Shown here in pieces: positions 17,433 through 26,976 of a stretch of 64,000 nt of DNA. The position numbers and the translations under genes are program-made. Source of the stretch: Parcubacteria group bacterium (GTDB lineage: Bacteria > Patescibacteriota > Minisyncoccia > Phycocordibacterales > UBA2135); contig JACQLQ010000001.1 in NCBI GenBank assembly GCA_016204045.1, positions 193,579 to 257,578 of the forward strand, read 5' to 3'. The notes beneath the pieces were generated by a model. It was not told where the DNA came from. It did no database searches and was given only the letters and a program-made list of their open reading frames with translations. Numbering within the stretch: the first letter of the stretch is position 1; each line of letters opens with the position of its first letter.

Positions 17433-19955
17433 ATGTCTCTTGCTCTATCTAAAAAAGTCTTAGCCCTCCTAATTCTTTCTGTTGGGCTATTTGCAAGTTT
17501 CGGAATGATTGCCTTTGCTGCGGCGCAGGACTCCTCAATCTCCCTCAAGAAAGATGAAAGCAGCGGTTTCTACACTCTTACCTTGAGAGACCCCGACGGT
17601 ATCCAGGAATTTTCGATGAATCCCGCGAAGGGGTCATCGTACGGAGGTGGGCTTGGCGGCTGCCCAAGATCTTTTAGCAGCAACAACATCGCGGTATTTA
17701 ATGATCTCTCATTTGATCCTGCGATGCCAGCGTACATTATTGACTGTGCCAACAATACCACCAAGCTTGAAATTGGAGCCCCAAAGAACGGCATCGCATC
17801 AAGTAAAATTGTAAAAGAGGAGCCCAAAGAAGATGTCGTCTCTTCTAAAGCGGTAGAACAAAAAGAGGACAAGAAGAGCAATGAGGGTTCGTTAGGAAAC
17901 GTAACATTCCCAGTCAGAGAGTTAGGTAACTGCAAAAACGAAGGAGACTGTCGGACGTATTGCGATAATGCAGACCACGCACGTGAGTGTCTCGCCTTTG
18001 CGAAAAAGCACCAACTTATTTCCGAAGATGAGGAGAAAGACGCCAAGGAAAAGTTTTTGAATGTTCAAAACGGCCCCGGCGGTTGCAACTCGTGGTCTTC
18101 ATGTGAGGCGTATTGTAGCAGTATAGACCGCTTGGACGAATGCATCGCCTTTGCGGAAAAAATGGGGCATGCAGACGAAAAGATACAAGAGGCAAAGAAA
18201 ATTCAGGCATTAGTCAAAAGTGGTAAGCAGTTCCCTGGAGGCTGTAAAGACAGAAACTCCTGCGAGCTTTACTGCGCTGATGTCAACCACATGGACGAGT
18301 GTATCGCTTTTGCGGAAGACGCGGGCTTTATGCCGGAAGAAGAGTTGAGGCAGGCAAAAAAGATATTGCCACTTATGAAGCGTGGGGAAACACCAGGAGG
18401 GTGTACATCAAAGGAGCAATGTGAGAAGTATTGTGAAGCAGAAGGCCATCTTGATGAATGTATAGCCTTTGCAGAAAAAGCAGATCTTCTCTCTGCTGAT
18501 GAAAAAGAAATGATTCGAAAAACCGGCGGCAAAGGGCCAGGGGGCTGTAAGGGCAAAAAGCAGTGTGAGGCATATTGCGAAGCCAACGGTGAGGAATGTT
18601 TTAAGTGGGCACAGGCGAACGGCGTTATGAAAGAAGAGGATTTGGCACGGATGCGAGAGGGGACAGACCGTTTCAGAAAGGAACTTGAGCGAATGCCTCC
18701 CGAGGTTGTCTCGTGTCTGAAGGAAAACATGGGTGAAGAGAACTTCAGCAAAATGTCGAGTGGTGAACCGGTGTTTGACCGCTCACTCGAAGGCAAGATG
18801 AAGGGATGCTTCAGCCAGTTAACTAAGCAAGTGGGTCAACAGCTCAATTCACTTCCACCAGAAGCAGCCGAATGTATCAAAGAAACAGTGGGCGAAGACG
18901 GATTGCGGAAACTTCAGGGTGGTGAGTTTGACCCAACCAAAACTGACTTCAGTGAATTAGAGGGTTGCTTCCAGAAATTACAGGAATCATTTGGCGGACC
19001 CGGAGGATTCGGCGGCCCAGGCGGATGCAAGACACGTGAAGAGTGTGAGGCGTATTGTGAGGAGCATGGTGAAGAATGCCAAGGGTTCGGCCCCCCAGGC
19101 GGTGGTCCCGGAGGTGATTTCCGCGGCGGTGGCCCGGGTGGTTTTTCAGGCCCTGGTGGTTGTACCTCGATAGAGGAGTGTACAAGCTATTGCCAGTCAA
19201 ATCTAGAAGAATGTGAAAAGTTTATGCCGCCTTCGGGAGCTCCCGGAGGGGAGAGGCGCGGCGAAGAGCACCGAGAGTTTCCTGGTGGCGGGGCGACTGA
19301 AGAGCAATTCCCTGGTAGAGGGAGAACTGGCGGTGAGTTCCCCGGTGGGCCAGGAGGATGCAAGACAAAGGAAGAATGTCAACGCGTTTGTGAAGAACAC
19401 CCCGAAGAGTGTCGAGGCTTTAGTGGCGGAGTAGGTGGAGAGGGGAGATTAGACAGCATTCCGCCGCAAGGTAATTCACAAAAGCCGTTTGAACAACCCG
19501 GAAGCGATGAATATCGCAAGCAATACGAAGAGCAGTACAAGGCACAATATCAAAAACAATACGAAGGGCAGTTTGAAGGACGACCGCGAGAGCTCCCAAT
19601 GGAACCTCCGCACAGGGAAGGAGTTGAGATCCAGCAAGAGCAATATCAGAGACAATATGAGGAGCAATACAAAGCGGAGTATCAGAAACAGTTTGAGCAA
19701 CAGCAACAGTATCAATATCAACAAAACACACTGCCGTCACCAGAACCAACCCATCAGGATGTACCAGTGTATCAACAGTACCAACAACCTCCGCAGTCAT
19801 CTGAAACTCAGCAATATTACAAAACAGATGAAGTGAATTTTGTGCCGCCTCCCGCTTCAACCCAAGGGGGAGCAGTGCGGCTCTACCGGGCTCCCAGAGG
19901 GTCACTCTACGAAAATACCAATCAACTCCTCAAGGGTTTTTCTCCTAGTCAATAA
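17433..19955 (+). CDS. secreted cysteine-rich repeat protein (840 aa) of unknown family
   Basis: Signal peptide MSLALSKKVLALLILSVGLFASFGMIAFAAAQ. At least 8 modules matching GGC-x5-C-x2-YC-x5-9-EC. Gly/Pro-rich linkers. C-terminal Q/Y/E-rich low-complexity tail. Confidence 0.8.
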   Translation: MSLALSKKVLALLILSVGLFASFGMIAFAAAQDSSISLKKDESSGFYTLTLRDPDGIQEFSMNPAKGSSYGGGLGGCPRSFSSNNIAVFNDLSFDPAMPAYIIDCANNTTKLEIGAPKNGIASSKIVKEEPKEDVVSSKAVEQKEDKKSNEGSLGNVTFPVRELGNCKNEGDCRTYCDNADHARECLAFAKKHQLISEDEEKDAKEKFLNVQNGPGGCNSWSSCEAYCSSIDRLDECIAFAEKMGHADEKIQEAKKIQALVKSGKQFPGGCKDRNSCELYCADVNHMDECIAFAEDAGFMPEEELRQAKKILPLMKRGETPGGCTSKEQCEKYCEAEGHLDECIAFAEKADLLSADEKEMIRKTGGKGPGGCKGKKQCEAYCEANGEECFKWAQANGVMKEEDLARMREGTDRFRKELERMPPEVVSCLKENMGEENFSKMSSGEPVFDRSLEGKMKGCFSQLTKQVGQQLNSLPPEAAECIKETVGEDGLRKLQGGEFDPTKTDFSELEGCFQKLQESFGGPGGFGGPGGCKTREECEAYCEEHGEECQGFGPPGGGPGGDFRGGGPGGFSGPGGCTSIEECTSYCQSNLEECEKFMPPSGAPGGERRGEEHREFPGGGATEEQFPGRGRTGGEFPGGPGGCKTKEECQRVCEEHPEECRGFSGGVGGEGRLDSIPPQGNSQKPFEQPGSDEYRKQYEEQYKAQYQKQYEGQFEGRPRELPMEPPHREGVEIQQEQYQRQYEEQYKAEYQKQFEQQQQYQYQQNTLPSPEPTHQDVPVYQQYQQPPQSSETQQYYKTDEVNFVPPPASTQGGAVRLYRAPRGSLYENTNQLLKGFSPSQ
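17928..19420 (+). repeat. array of at least 8 degenerate coding repeats, each about 135-150 nt, the 4-Cys module of the gene above
   Basis: Recurring CxxYC...DEC-IAFAE / EEC peptide pattern at 17940, 18085, 18245, 18405, 18545, 19025, 19165 and 19355. Confidence 0.7.
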
Positions 19956-19975
19956 AGACTATAAAGTGAAGAAAG

Positions 19976-20010
19976 TAAAAACTACTCCGACCATAGTCGG
20001 AGTGGTTTTT
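19976..20010 (+). terminator. intrinsic terminator (aaaaactactccgac-cata-gtcggagtggttttt)
   Basis: 15-bp stem followed by a T-run. Confidence 0.8.
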
Positions 20011-20099
20011 ACTTGATAGCGGGAGCGAGATTACGTCAATTGTGTCCCAACTTTCGTTATGGTATCCCTAGATAAGATCCCTGGTGCACATAGTAAGAA

Positions 20100-20771
20100 A
20101 TGAAGACACCAAGACGTGGTGGGGGCCGAAGAATGGTAAAGAGAGGAGCATCTCCTCAAGAGGCAGGTGAACAGCTTTCGGCATTTATTCAGAGCACGGT
20201 TGCCGATGTTGCGAGCGATCTTCTAGGCAGTCTCTGGGGGCGTGTGTACTTGCCTCTAATATTAAAGCGGCGCGTCCTTCTTTTTGGCGTAATCGATGAG
20301 GATGCGGCAGAACGCTTAACGGAGCAATTGTTACTGCTTGATGCAGCGGCGTCTTTTCCCATCACACTTTTCATAAACTCTCGAGGCGGCGACTTTGAAG
20401 AGACGCTCAAGATAGTGGACACCATCCAACATCTTGAGTCGCCTGTTGATGCCGTTGTGGTCGGAAATGCACAGTCGTGCGCGTTCTTCATTCTTCAGGC
20501 ATGTCGGAGAAGGGTCGCCTATCCGCACGCCTCCTTCATGATTCATGGGGTGAGCTTGCCAGACTCACGAATAGACCAGACTGATTTCGGGAGTATTGTG
20601 AGGGGCGCCAAAGATGAGCTAGATACAGTGTTTGAGATGATGGCCAAGAAAAGCGGTCTCTCGCTCTCACGTATCCAGAAATTGAGCAAGAAAGAAAAGA
20701 TCTTGAACGCAGAGGAAGCGCTAAGCTCCAACTTCATCGATACCATATCGAAAAATCGACAGCGCCCATAA
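20100..20771 (+). CDS. clpP: ClpP-family serine protease (S14), with an Arg-rich N-terminal extension
   Basis: The protein aligns with the ClpP core: INSRGGDFEETLKIVDTIQ, followed by the active-site region GNAQSCAFF, followed by MIHG, with a C-terminal EEALSSNFIDTI. The catalytic Ser and His contexts are present. Confidence 0.7.
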   Translation: MKTPRRGGGRRMVKRGASPQEAGEQLSAFIQSTVADVASDLLGSLWGRVYLPLILKRRVLLFGVIDEDAAERLTEQLLLLDAAASFPITLFINSRGGDFEETLKIVDTIQHLESPVDAVVVGNAQSCAFFILQACRRRVAYPHASFMIHGVSLPDSRIDQTDFGSIVRGAKDELDTVFEMMAKKSGLSLSRIQKLSKKEKILNAEEALSSNFIDTISKNRQRP

Positions 20772-20833
20772 TCGGGTGCTTTTTTCTAACAAAAATACTC
20801 CAACAATCTTGAGATTGTTGGAGTATTTTTGTG

Positions 20834-22993
20834 CTATTCCCAATGTGTTTCTTCTGTCGTCATGCGTTCGCGAAGAAGGGGATATTTCACAAGGCCAGAG
20901 TCTTTTTCGAGAAGGATTGCCGCTTCAGCACGCGCTGCCTCGACCATCTTTAGGTTTTGGATCGCCTCCATCCCAATGTCCGAGATGCCCCATTGTTTTT
21001 TGCCGGAGAGTTCTCCGGCACCGCGTAGGCGGAGATCCAGTTCAGCGAGCTCAAACCCATTTTTTGCATCACGAAGTGCACGCAATCGCGCGAGTCCCGC
21101 TACTTTTGTGTCGGGAAAGACAAAGCAGTATGCCTGATGGGTCGAGCGGAGCACGCGTCCACGAAGTTGATGGAGTTGTGAGAGGCCAAATCGTTCCGCG
21201 CCCTCAATAATAATCACGGTTGCATTTGGCACGTTCACGCCAACCTCAATGACCGATGTCGCGACGAGAATATTGACCTCTTTTTTCAAAAACTTTTGCA
21301 TTACGCTCTCGCGCTCTTTTGGTTTCATCTTGCTATGAAGGATTGCTATCTCATACTCAGGAAACACCTCTTTTTTGAGCCGCGCCGCCTCCTCCTTTAC
21401 CGATTTCACCATAAGCGCACCCTCTTTCTCTGGATCGGGCTCGTCGATGCGAGGGCATATGACATACACCTGTCGTCCTGCTCGCAGCTCTTCCAGCGCC
21501 TTTTCATATGCACGTGCCCGCTCTTTGGGCTCAACAATCTCGGTCATAATGGGCTTTCTGCCTCGTGGCATTTCTGCAATAAGGGTGAGGTCCAGGTCGC
21601 CGTATATGGTGAGTGCGAGCGTACGCGGTATTGGGGTCGCAGTCATTGAGAGTAAATGCGGCACACGTTTGTCCTTTCGCACGAGCTCAAAACGCTGCAT
21701 GGTACCGAAGCGGTGTTGTTCGTCAATCACCACAAATGCAAGGTCTTTAAACTTCACGTGTTTCTGAATGAGCGCGTGCGTGCCGACGACAATAGGAATC
21801 TCACCATTCGCTACCCACTTTAAAAGTTGCGTGCGCGAGATGGGGGTTGAACCGTTGCCGTTCTGCCAGCTAGCGGATACTTTCGAAGGAAACTTGCGAC
21901 ACTCGCTTCCGGTGATGAGTCCGATCTGGATTGGTAGGTGGGAAAACAGTTGTATGAACGATTCAAAATGTTGTCTGGCGAGGATCTCTGTTGGTGCCAT
22001 TATGGCGGCTTGGAGATTTCCAAAGTCTTGCCCCCTGGGGCGTGAGGTAACCACAGCGTGCGCCGTCACGGCCGCAACCGCCGTTTTACCCGAACCGACA
22101 TCTCCTTCGAGGAGTCGTGTCATTGGTTTACCCTTACAGAAGTCATCGAGAATCGCGTGAATCGCATCCTGTTGCGAGTGTGTGAGTTCAAACGGGAAAC
22201 GCTCGGCAAATCCAGAGATTGCCTCGTCTGCAACCTCCACAGGAAATGTCTCATGTGTCTGGTATTCCTGGCGAGCCTTTTGTCGTGAGAGCTGGATGAA
22301 GAATACTTCTTCAAACGAAAAACGTTTGCGTGCCGCCTCCGCATTCCCCATCGTCTTAGGTTGGTGCATCCAGACAAGTGCAGTTGAGAGAGAGGGGAGG
22401 TGGTACTTCTTGAGGATTGCCTCTGGAAGATATTCCTCTATCTTTTTATGTACGTTTGCGGCAAATACCTTTTTCAAAGCGTAGTAGAACCAGCGACTTG
22501 AGATGCCACGACTTTCGGAATAGCTCGCTTGCAGGGTGCCACTTTCTCCCTCTCCCCCCAAGAGTCCGCCCTTCACACCGGGGAGGATGTTTGTCGTATC
22601 TGTCGTCGGGTTTGCAAGATACAATCCGTTCTTGTCCTCGCCAACCTTACCTTTAAGGGTCACGATTGCCCCCTCCTGCATCATCTTTGCAAGGTAGGGC
22701 TGGTTGAACCAAACGATGCGTAGTTTGCCACTCTGATCTTCTAAGGTTGCCCGGGTCATAGAGATTCTCTTTTTCCAACCCCTCGTTTTTTCGAGTTTGA
22801 GCAGTTTCCCCGAGACGACCACCTCATCACCTTTCTTGAGCTCGTTAATGTTTTTTTGAGGCATGGCCACTCCATAACGCGTGGGGAAGTGATAGAGCAA
22901 ATCACTAACCGTCTCTATCCTTAGTTTTTTGAGCGCAGCCTTCTGCTGTTTGATAAGACGAAAATGTTTTTCGAGAGCGTCTTTGGGATGCAT
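20834..22993 (-). CDS. recG: ATP-dependent DNA helicase RecG
   Basis: Wedge domain, Walker A GDVGSGKT, DEQHRFG box, helicase C motifs. Confidence 0.9.
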   Translation of the reverse strand: MHPKDALEKHFRLIKQQKAALKKLRIETVSDLLYHFPTRYGVAMPQKNINELKKGDEVVVSGKLLKLEKTRGWKKRISMTRATLEDQSGKLRIVWFNQPYLAKMMQEGAIVTLKGKVGEDKNGLYLANPTTDTTNILPGVKGGLLGGEGESGTLQASYSESRGISSRWFYYALKKVFAANVHKKIEEYLPEAILKKYHLPSLSTALVWMHQPKTMGNAEAARKRFSFEEVFFIQLSRQKARQEYQTHETFPVEVADEAISGFAERFPFELTHSQQDAIHAILDDFCKGKPMTRLLEGDVGSGKTAVAAVTAHAVVTSRPRGQDFGNLQAAIMAPTEILARQHFESFIQLFSHLPIQIGLITGSECRKFPSKVSASWQNGNGSTPISRTQLLKWVANGEIPIVVGTHALIQKHVKFKDLAFVVIDEQHRFGTMQRFELVRKDKRVPHLLSMTATPIPRTLALTIYGDLDLTLIAEMPRGRKPIMTEIVEPKERARAYEKALEELRAGRQVYVICPRIDEPDPEKEGALMVKSVKEEAARLKKEVFPEYEIAILHSKMKPKERESVMQKFLKKEVNILVATSVIEVGVNVPNATVIIIEGAERFGLSQLHQLRGRVLRSTHQAYCFVFPDTKVAGLARLRALRDAKNGFELAELDLRLRGAGELSGKKQWGISDIGMEAIQNLKMVEAARAEAAILLEKDSGLVKYPLLRERMTTEETHWE

Positions 22994-23055
22994 CCCTATA
23001 CTTTACCCTGTCATACATAGAAGGTAAACAAAGAAAAAACCTGGCACACAGTGTG

Positions 23056-24123
23056 TCAGGTTGTACGAGGCTCCAAGAACCCTTTTTGTATTTGCTCGGG
23101 CGTTGGTTCATGCAAATCCCAAATAATCCCGATTCGCTCGAGCCACTTGATGATTGGGTACGCCCAGTCTTCTTCTCCGTCAAAGAGCGCAAACCGGACG
23201 CTTTTTTCATGACGGTGATGATTGTTGTGGTTCTGCTCTCCGGCGGTTGCGCGTAGAGCGGGGGTGTTTTTGCTCGTGTCCTCCGGTGTGATCTTGTAGT
23301 TCACAGTACCAAAGACGTGCGCAAATGAATTGATCGCGTATGTCCAGTGCCAGACAAGAAAGGTCGAGAAGAAGAATCCGACAATGAGCGTCGAAATGCC
23401 ACCCACCCATCCGCCCCAAGCGAAACCGAGAAGGAAAACAAGTATGCCGAGAATGGACGGTGGCACAACATACCACCGATCGAGCCAGACAATTTCTGGG
23501 AACTGCCCAAAATCTCTGAGTACTCGAGTGCTTCGATAGTCCGCGTATTTGGGAGACATTATCCAGCCAACATGGCTCCACCAGAACCCCTTCTTTGGAG
23601 TGTGGGGGTCTTTTGGTGTGTCTGACCATGTGTGGTGGTCACGATGATTGCTTGCCCACTGGAGGACACCTTTTTGCAACGCCATTTCTGTAACAAACGC
23701 GAGTACGCACTGGCTCAATCGCCCCGTCCTGAACCCTGTGTGACTGAAGTAGATGTGGTGCCCCGTGTGGACGAAAAAGAGTCTCACAAAAAAGAGCACA
23801 AAGCAGATATCCATACTCAGGAGCACGAGGAAGTCTGAGGGGGACGGGAGGGAGAGGAGGATTGCAGCGTGTGTCACAAGAAGTATGCCCGCCGTCGTTT
23901 CCCACGTTTTCTTTTTGCATGCGAGCGTATAGAGGAGCAGAGCAAAGACCGCGGACACAAGGATCGCATGCCAAAAGGGGAGGAAAGAGAGAAGCAGGAA
24001 AGGTCCCGCTACAGCGATTGCGTTAAAGACAAAGTACAGAGTTGAGCCCCGCCAGTCGATTATTTCGTCGGGTGCTCGAGGGATTTCAGGCGGCTTGAAG
24101 AGTAGGCGAATCAACGCAAACAT
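23056..24123 (-). CDS. membrane acyl-lipid/acyl-CoA desaturase (delta-9-type fatty acid desaturase family)
   Basis: Histidine boxes HRDHH, HTWSDTPKDPHTP and HNNHHRHE, with 4 TM helices. Confidence 0.8.
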   Translation of the reverse strand: MFALIRLLFKPPEIPRAPDEIIDWRGSTLYFVFNAIAVAGPFLLLSFLPFWHAILVSAVFALLLYTLACKKKTWETTAGILLVTHAAILLSLPSPSDFLVLLSMDICFVLFFVRLFFVHTGHHIYFSHTGFRTGRLSQCVLAFVTEMALQKGVLQWASNHRDHHTWSDTPKDPHTPKKGFWWSHVGWIMSPKYADYRSTRVLRDFGQFPEIVWLDRWYVVPPSILGILVFLLGFAWGGWVGGISTLIVGFFFSTFLVWHWTYAINSFAHVFGTVNYKITPEDTSKNTPALRATAGEQNHNNHHRHEKSVRFALFDGEEDWAYPIIKWLERIGIIWDLHEPTPEQIQKGFLEPRTT

Positions 24124-24256
24124 TGCATTTTTTCACCCCCATTGTTCTGCGCCAAGCATAGCGGAGAACCATGGGAAATACAATGGAATGTTTGACAAGG
24201 TACTTTTAAAGTGTTATTTTCTAAGTTAGCGAGAAACCGAGCCTTGAGGTATTCAA

Positions 24257-24517
24257 ATGGCAACTCCCTCGCGCGAACTGCGGAGGTTTGTTGGAAACGC
24301 GCTTGCGTTGACCGCTATCGTGACCTATGGGTGCTTTGTGATTGGCCTCATCTGGATGACCTTCGCAGACAGCGAGACGGTAGTCACGGTTACTTTTGAA
24401 GGATGGCTTTGGGTAAGTTTAGGGATCTCGGCCGCAATTACCACGTGTGCGGCGACCATTCCCTCATGGAGGAAGGAGTGGACACAGCCGTGGTTGGATC
24501 TACTTGCCATTGATTAG
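24257..24517 (+). CDS. small membrane protein (86 aa), hypothetical
   Basis: Two TM helices. Convergent terminator downstream. Confidence 0.45.
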   Translation: MATPSRELRRFVGNALALTAIVTYGCFVIGLIWMTFADSETVVTVTFEGWLWVSLGISAAITTCAATIPSWRKEWTQPWLDLLAID

Positions 24518-24553
24518 ATATCACCTATGCTTTGAAGGTGCTTAGAATACGCA

Positions 24554-24583
24554 AAACTGGCCGCCGAGCGCGACCAGTTTTTT
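24554..24583. terminator. bidirectional hairpin terminator between convergent genes
   Basis: Sequence aaactggccgc-cga-gcgcgaccagtttttt, with an A-run upstream and a T-run downstream. Confidence 0.6.
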
Positions 24584-24624
24584 AATTTTTTCTGACGTTA
24601 TAGTGTAGGTATGCTCACTCGGCT

Positions 24625-25617
24625 TTAAGCTTTAATATACTTCTTGTTGATGGTGATGGAGGCGTACCCTAGACCGATGAAGATGAAGCCCAAAATGACA
24701 AGCGAGATAGGCCAACCGAGCGAATCTGCGAAATACTCACTCGTAATATATCCGACATAGGCAAGGAGGAATACCGTGCTCATGACAAGAACATTTCTGC
24801 TCTTCATGTATACCGAAAGGAAAAGGCCCCCAAAGACAAGTGGGGCGTAAATAAGCTCCCAGAAAATGTTGTCCCACACTTGGGTAAATGCGGCCCCAAG
24901 AAAGCCCGCGACGCCGAAGAAGTAGAGAGCATCGACAAGTTTCTTGTTCCAGCTGTCGCGGAAGGAGTGTCCCAGCAACAAATAAGAAGCTCCAACGACC
25001 ATGGTTAGGTACGCATCCAGATCTCGCCACTGGAGGCCCGTGCTGTCTACGATCGCGTGGACGATAAGGTATACAAACGCCGTACCGTTCGTTATGGCGA
25101 AGAGTGTCAAAACAAGGTGTTTGTGTACGGTGCTCAAGAGTACATACGAAAGGAAAAGTACCCCAAAGATAATGGCGAGAGGCCACACGGAGTCGACTTT
25201 AACACCTAACTCGGAGAGAGTCACCACGACTCCGCTCGGAATAAGCACTCCTCCGATAAAGTGGAAGACTGCACCAATGTATTGGTCAGGTTTTTGTTTC
25301 AACAGCACTGATCCGGTGACGGCAAAGATGAGGCCAAGTCCGAGTGTTACCAATATGCGTCCGATAGAACCGATATCTTCCCAGATTTGCGCGATAAAGA
25401 TGATGATACCGACTGCCACGATTGCTGCGCCGATGATATAGAGAATCTTGGTTATCGAAAGATGCGAGAGCTTGCTCATAATCCCGCTTGCGGCTAGAGA
25501 TTCTCCCTGCGCTGTTTGTGTTGGTACTGTGCCCAACCGGCTCATCACTTCCGCGCGAGTAACTTCCCCAGCGCCCACCTTTGCCGAAAGTTCTCTTAAG
25601 AGTTCTTCCTTATTCAT
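24625..25617 (-). CDS. polytopic membrane protein with a soluble N-terminal segment, hypothetical
   Basis: About 8 TM helices. Start overlaps the upstream gene by 8 nt (coupled). Confidence 0.55.
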   Translation of the reverse strand: MNKEELLRELSAKVGAGEVTRAEVMSRLGTVPTQTAQGESLAASGIMSKLSHLSITKILYIIGAAIVAVGIIIFIAQIWEDIGSIGRILVTLGLGLIFAVTGSVLLKQKPDQYIGAVFHFIGGVLIPSGVVVTLSELGVKVDSVWPLAIIFGVLFLSYVLLSTVHKHLVLTLFAITNGTAFVYLIVHAIVDSTGLQWRDLDAYLTMVVGASYLLLGHSFRDSWNKKLVDALYFFGVAGFLGAAFTQVWDNIFWELIYAPLVFGGLFLSVYMKSRNVLVMSTVFLLAYVGYITSEYFADSLGWPISLVILGFIFIGLGYASITINKKYIKA

Positions 25618-26218
25618 AGATCGTTGTCTCGGTTACACTTCTCCCTGGTAAGACCCACCCAATAAACTGAAAATTGTTTTGATAATAATATCTACCGTTG
25701 TCGTTAATGAGGTTAAGCCGCGTTTTGCTTTTCCCCTTGGTCAGGTAGTGACCGTACGAAGAACCCCCGCCGAAAAACGGAAACATCTCGGGTGCGCGGC
25801 TATAGTCGCTCGATATACTCACTCCGTCGGGGGAGGTGAGAAGGTTGTTTAACGTCAATTGTTTTGCCTCTTCAATCGTAATCTCGCGGCTCTCGTTTGT
25901 CTTTGTATCGTGGAGGAACAATCGGGCAGTATAGCTTTCCTTCACATCCAATACCCCGTTTTTATCTAAGTCCTGGTTTGGGTCTATGTTGTTTACGACA
26001 AGAGAGCCCTCTCCCACTGAATAGCGCTGTTGCAGATATTTATCACAGGGTTGGGGACGATATTCAGAGCCGTCGACACAAGATGCGTACACAAAGTTGT
26101 GGTCAGTGGAGAGGAAAAGTGACGGGAGATAAGCGCCCACAGCAATGATGGTAATAAGTGCCAAAGGAAGCGCAAAAGCGAGTACTAATGCGAAGTTTTG
26201 CTTTACAAAGTCTTTCAT
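25610..26218 (-). CDS. signal-anchored extracytoplasmic protein (202 aa), hypothetical
   Basis: N-terminal TM helix (FALVLAFALPLALITIIAVGAYL), with the remainder hydrophilic. Confidence 0.55.
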   Translation of the reverse strand: MKDFVKQNFALVLAFALPLALITIIAVGAYLPSLFLSTDHNFVYASCVDGSEYRPQPCDKYLQQRYSVGEGSLVVNNIDPNQDLDKNGVLDVKESYTARLFLHDTKTNESREITIEEAKQLTLNNLLTSPDGVSISSDYSRAPEMFPFFGGGSSYGHYLTKGKSKTRLNLINDNGRYYYQNNFQFIGWVLPGRSVTETTIYE

Positions 26219-26454
26219 CCCGTACGAAATAGGACGCGGACAAAAAATGTCCGTCTTCCTATTGTTAAATTACGAATAAAGTTTTTTATCTGTGCTATTA
26301 AACACATGGTAGTGGCGTCCGCGATTTCGTACGGGATTCATGCGTATAACTGTAGCACAAAATAACAGCAGATTGAAGCAGGACTTTCGTCGGTGGACAT
26401 TTGTAAACTACTCCGATATTCTGGAGGCCAGATAGGTGAAGGGGATATATAGAG

Positions 26455-26931
26455 ATGATTCAGGTCTATGCCCACGAGCATCACGAGGAGACAGGAGGCC
26501 CAAGCATTTTCCTCGCCGGTCCCAGTCCGCGCACAAAGCGCGATTACAATTGGCGACCACTCGCTTTGCGCCACCTCTCGGAGGTAAGGTTTCCAGGGTC
26601 TGTCTTTATTCCGCTTCCGCGGGATGGAAAGTGGCCCGATTATTTTGACCACGCACAGATTGAGTGGGAACTGAAGTATTTGAACGAAGCGACAGTAATC
26701 GCATTCTGGGTTCCACGCGACTTGAGGCACCTTCCCGGCTTTACGACCAATGTTGAGTTTGGCATGTTCTGCGGGTCGGGGAAAATTGTGCTCGGATACC
26801 CGCGTGGCGCGCCGAAAATGGAGTATGTAGATCACGTCGCGCGCAAATACAACGTCCCCGTATGTCATACACTCGGGGAAACAATGATCGCAGCAGCTGT
26901 GATGGTGGCGACGCGGACACCCAAAGGTTAA
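26455..26931 (+). CDS. nucleoside 2-deoxyribosyltransferase-like protein
   Basis: PSIFLAGP N-terminal motif and the size of the family. The overlapping minus-strand ORF is rejected. Confidence 0.45.
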   Translation: MIQVYAHEHHEETGGPSIFLAGPSPRTKRDYNWRPLALRHLSEVRFPGSVFIPLPRDGKWPDYFDHAQIEWELKYLNEATVIAFWVPRDLRHLPGFTTNVEFGMFCGSGKIVLGYPRGAPKMEYVDHVARKYNVPVCHTLGETMIAAAVMVATRTPKG

Positions 26932-26976
26932 AGGCTCCAGTTTCGGAGTCTTTTTTAAAAGTGTCTTTCGGGAGAA

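Noticed and set aside
18269-18796. 175-aa minus-strand ORF, with a Leu-rich ORF at 19476-19724
   Set aside because: Antisense to the repeat protein. They arise from the repetitive, biased coding sequence.
20776-21210. 144-aa plus-strand ORF
   Set aside because: Antisense to recG.
26338-26868. 176-aa minus-strand ORF
   Set aside because: Competes with the plus-strand 26455-26931 ORF, which carries the PSIFLAGP deoxyribosyltransferase-like motif. The minus frame is low complexity.
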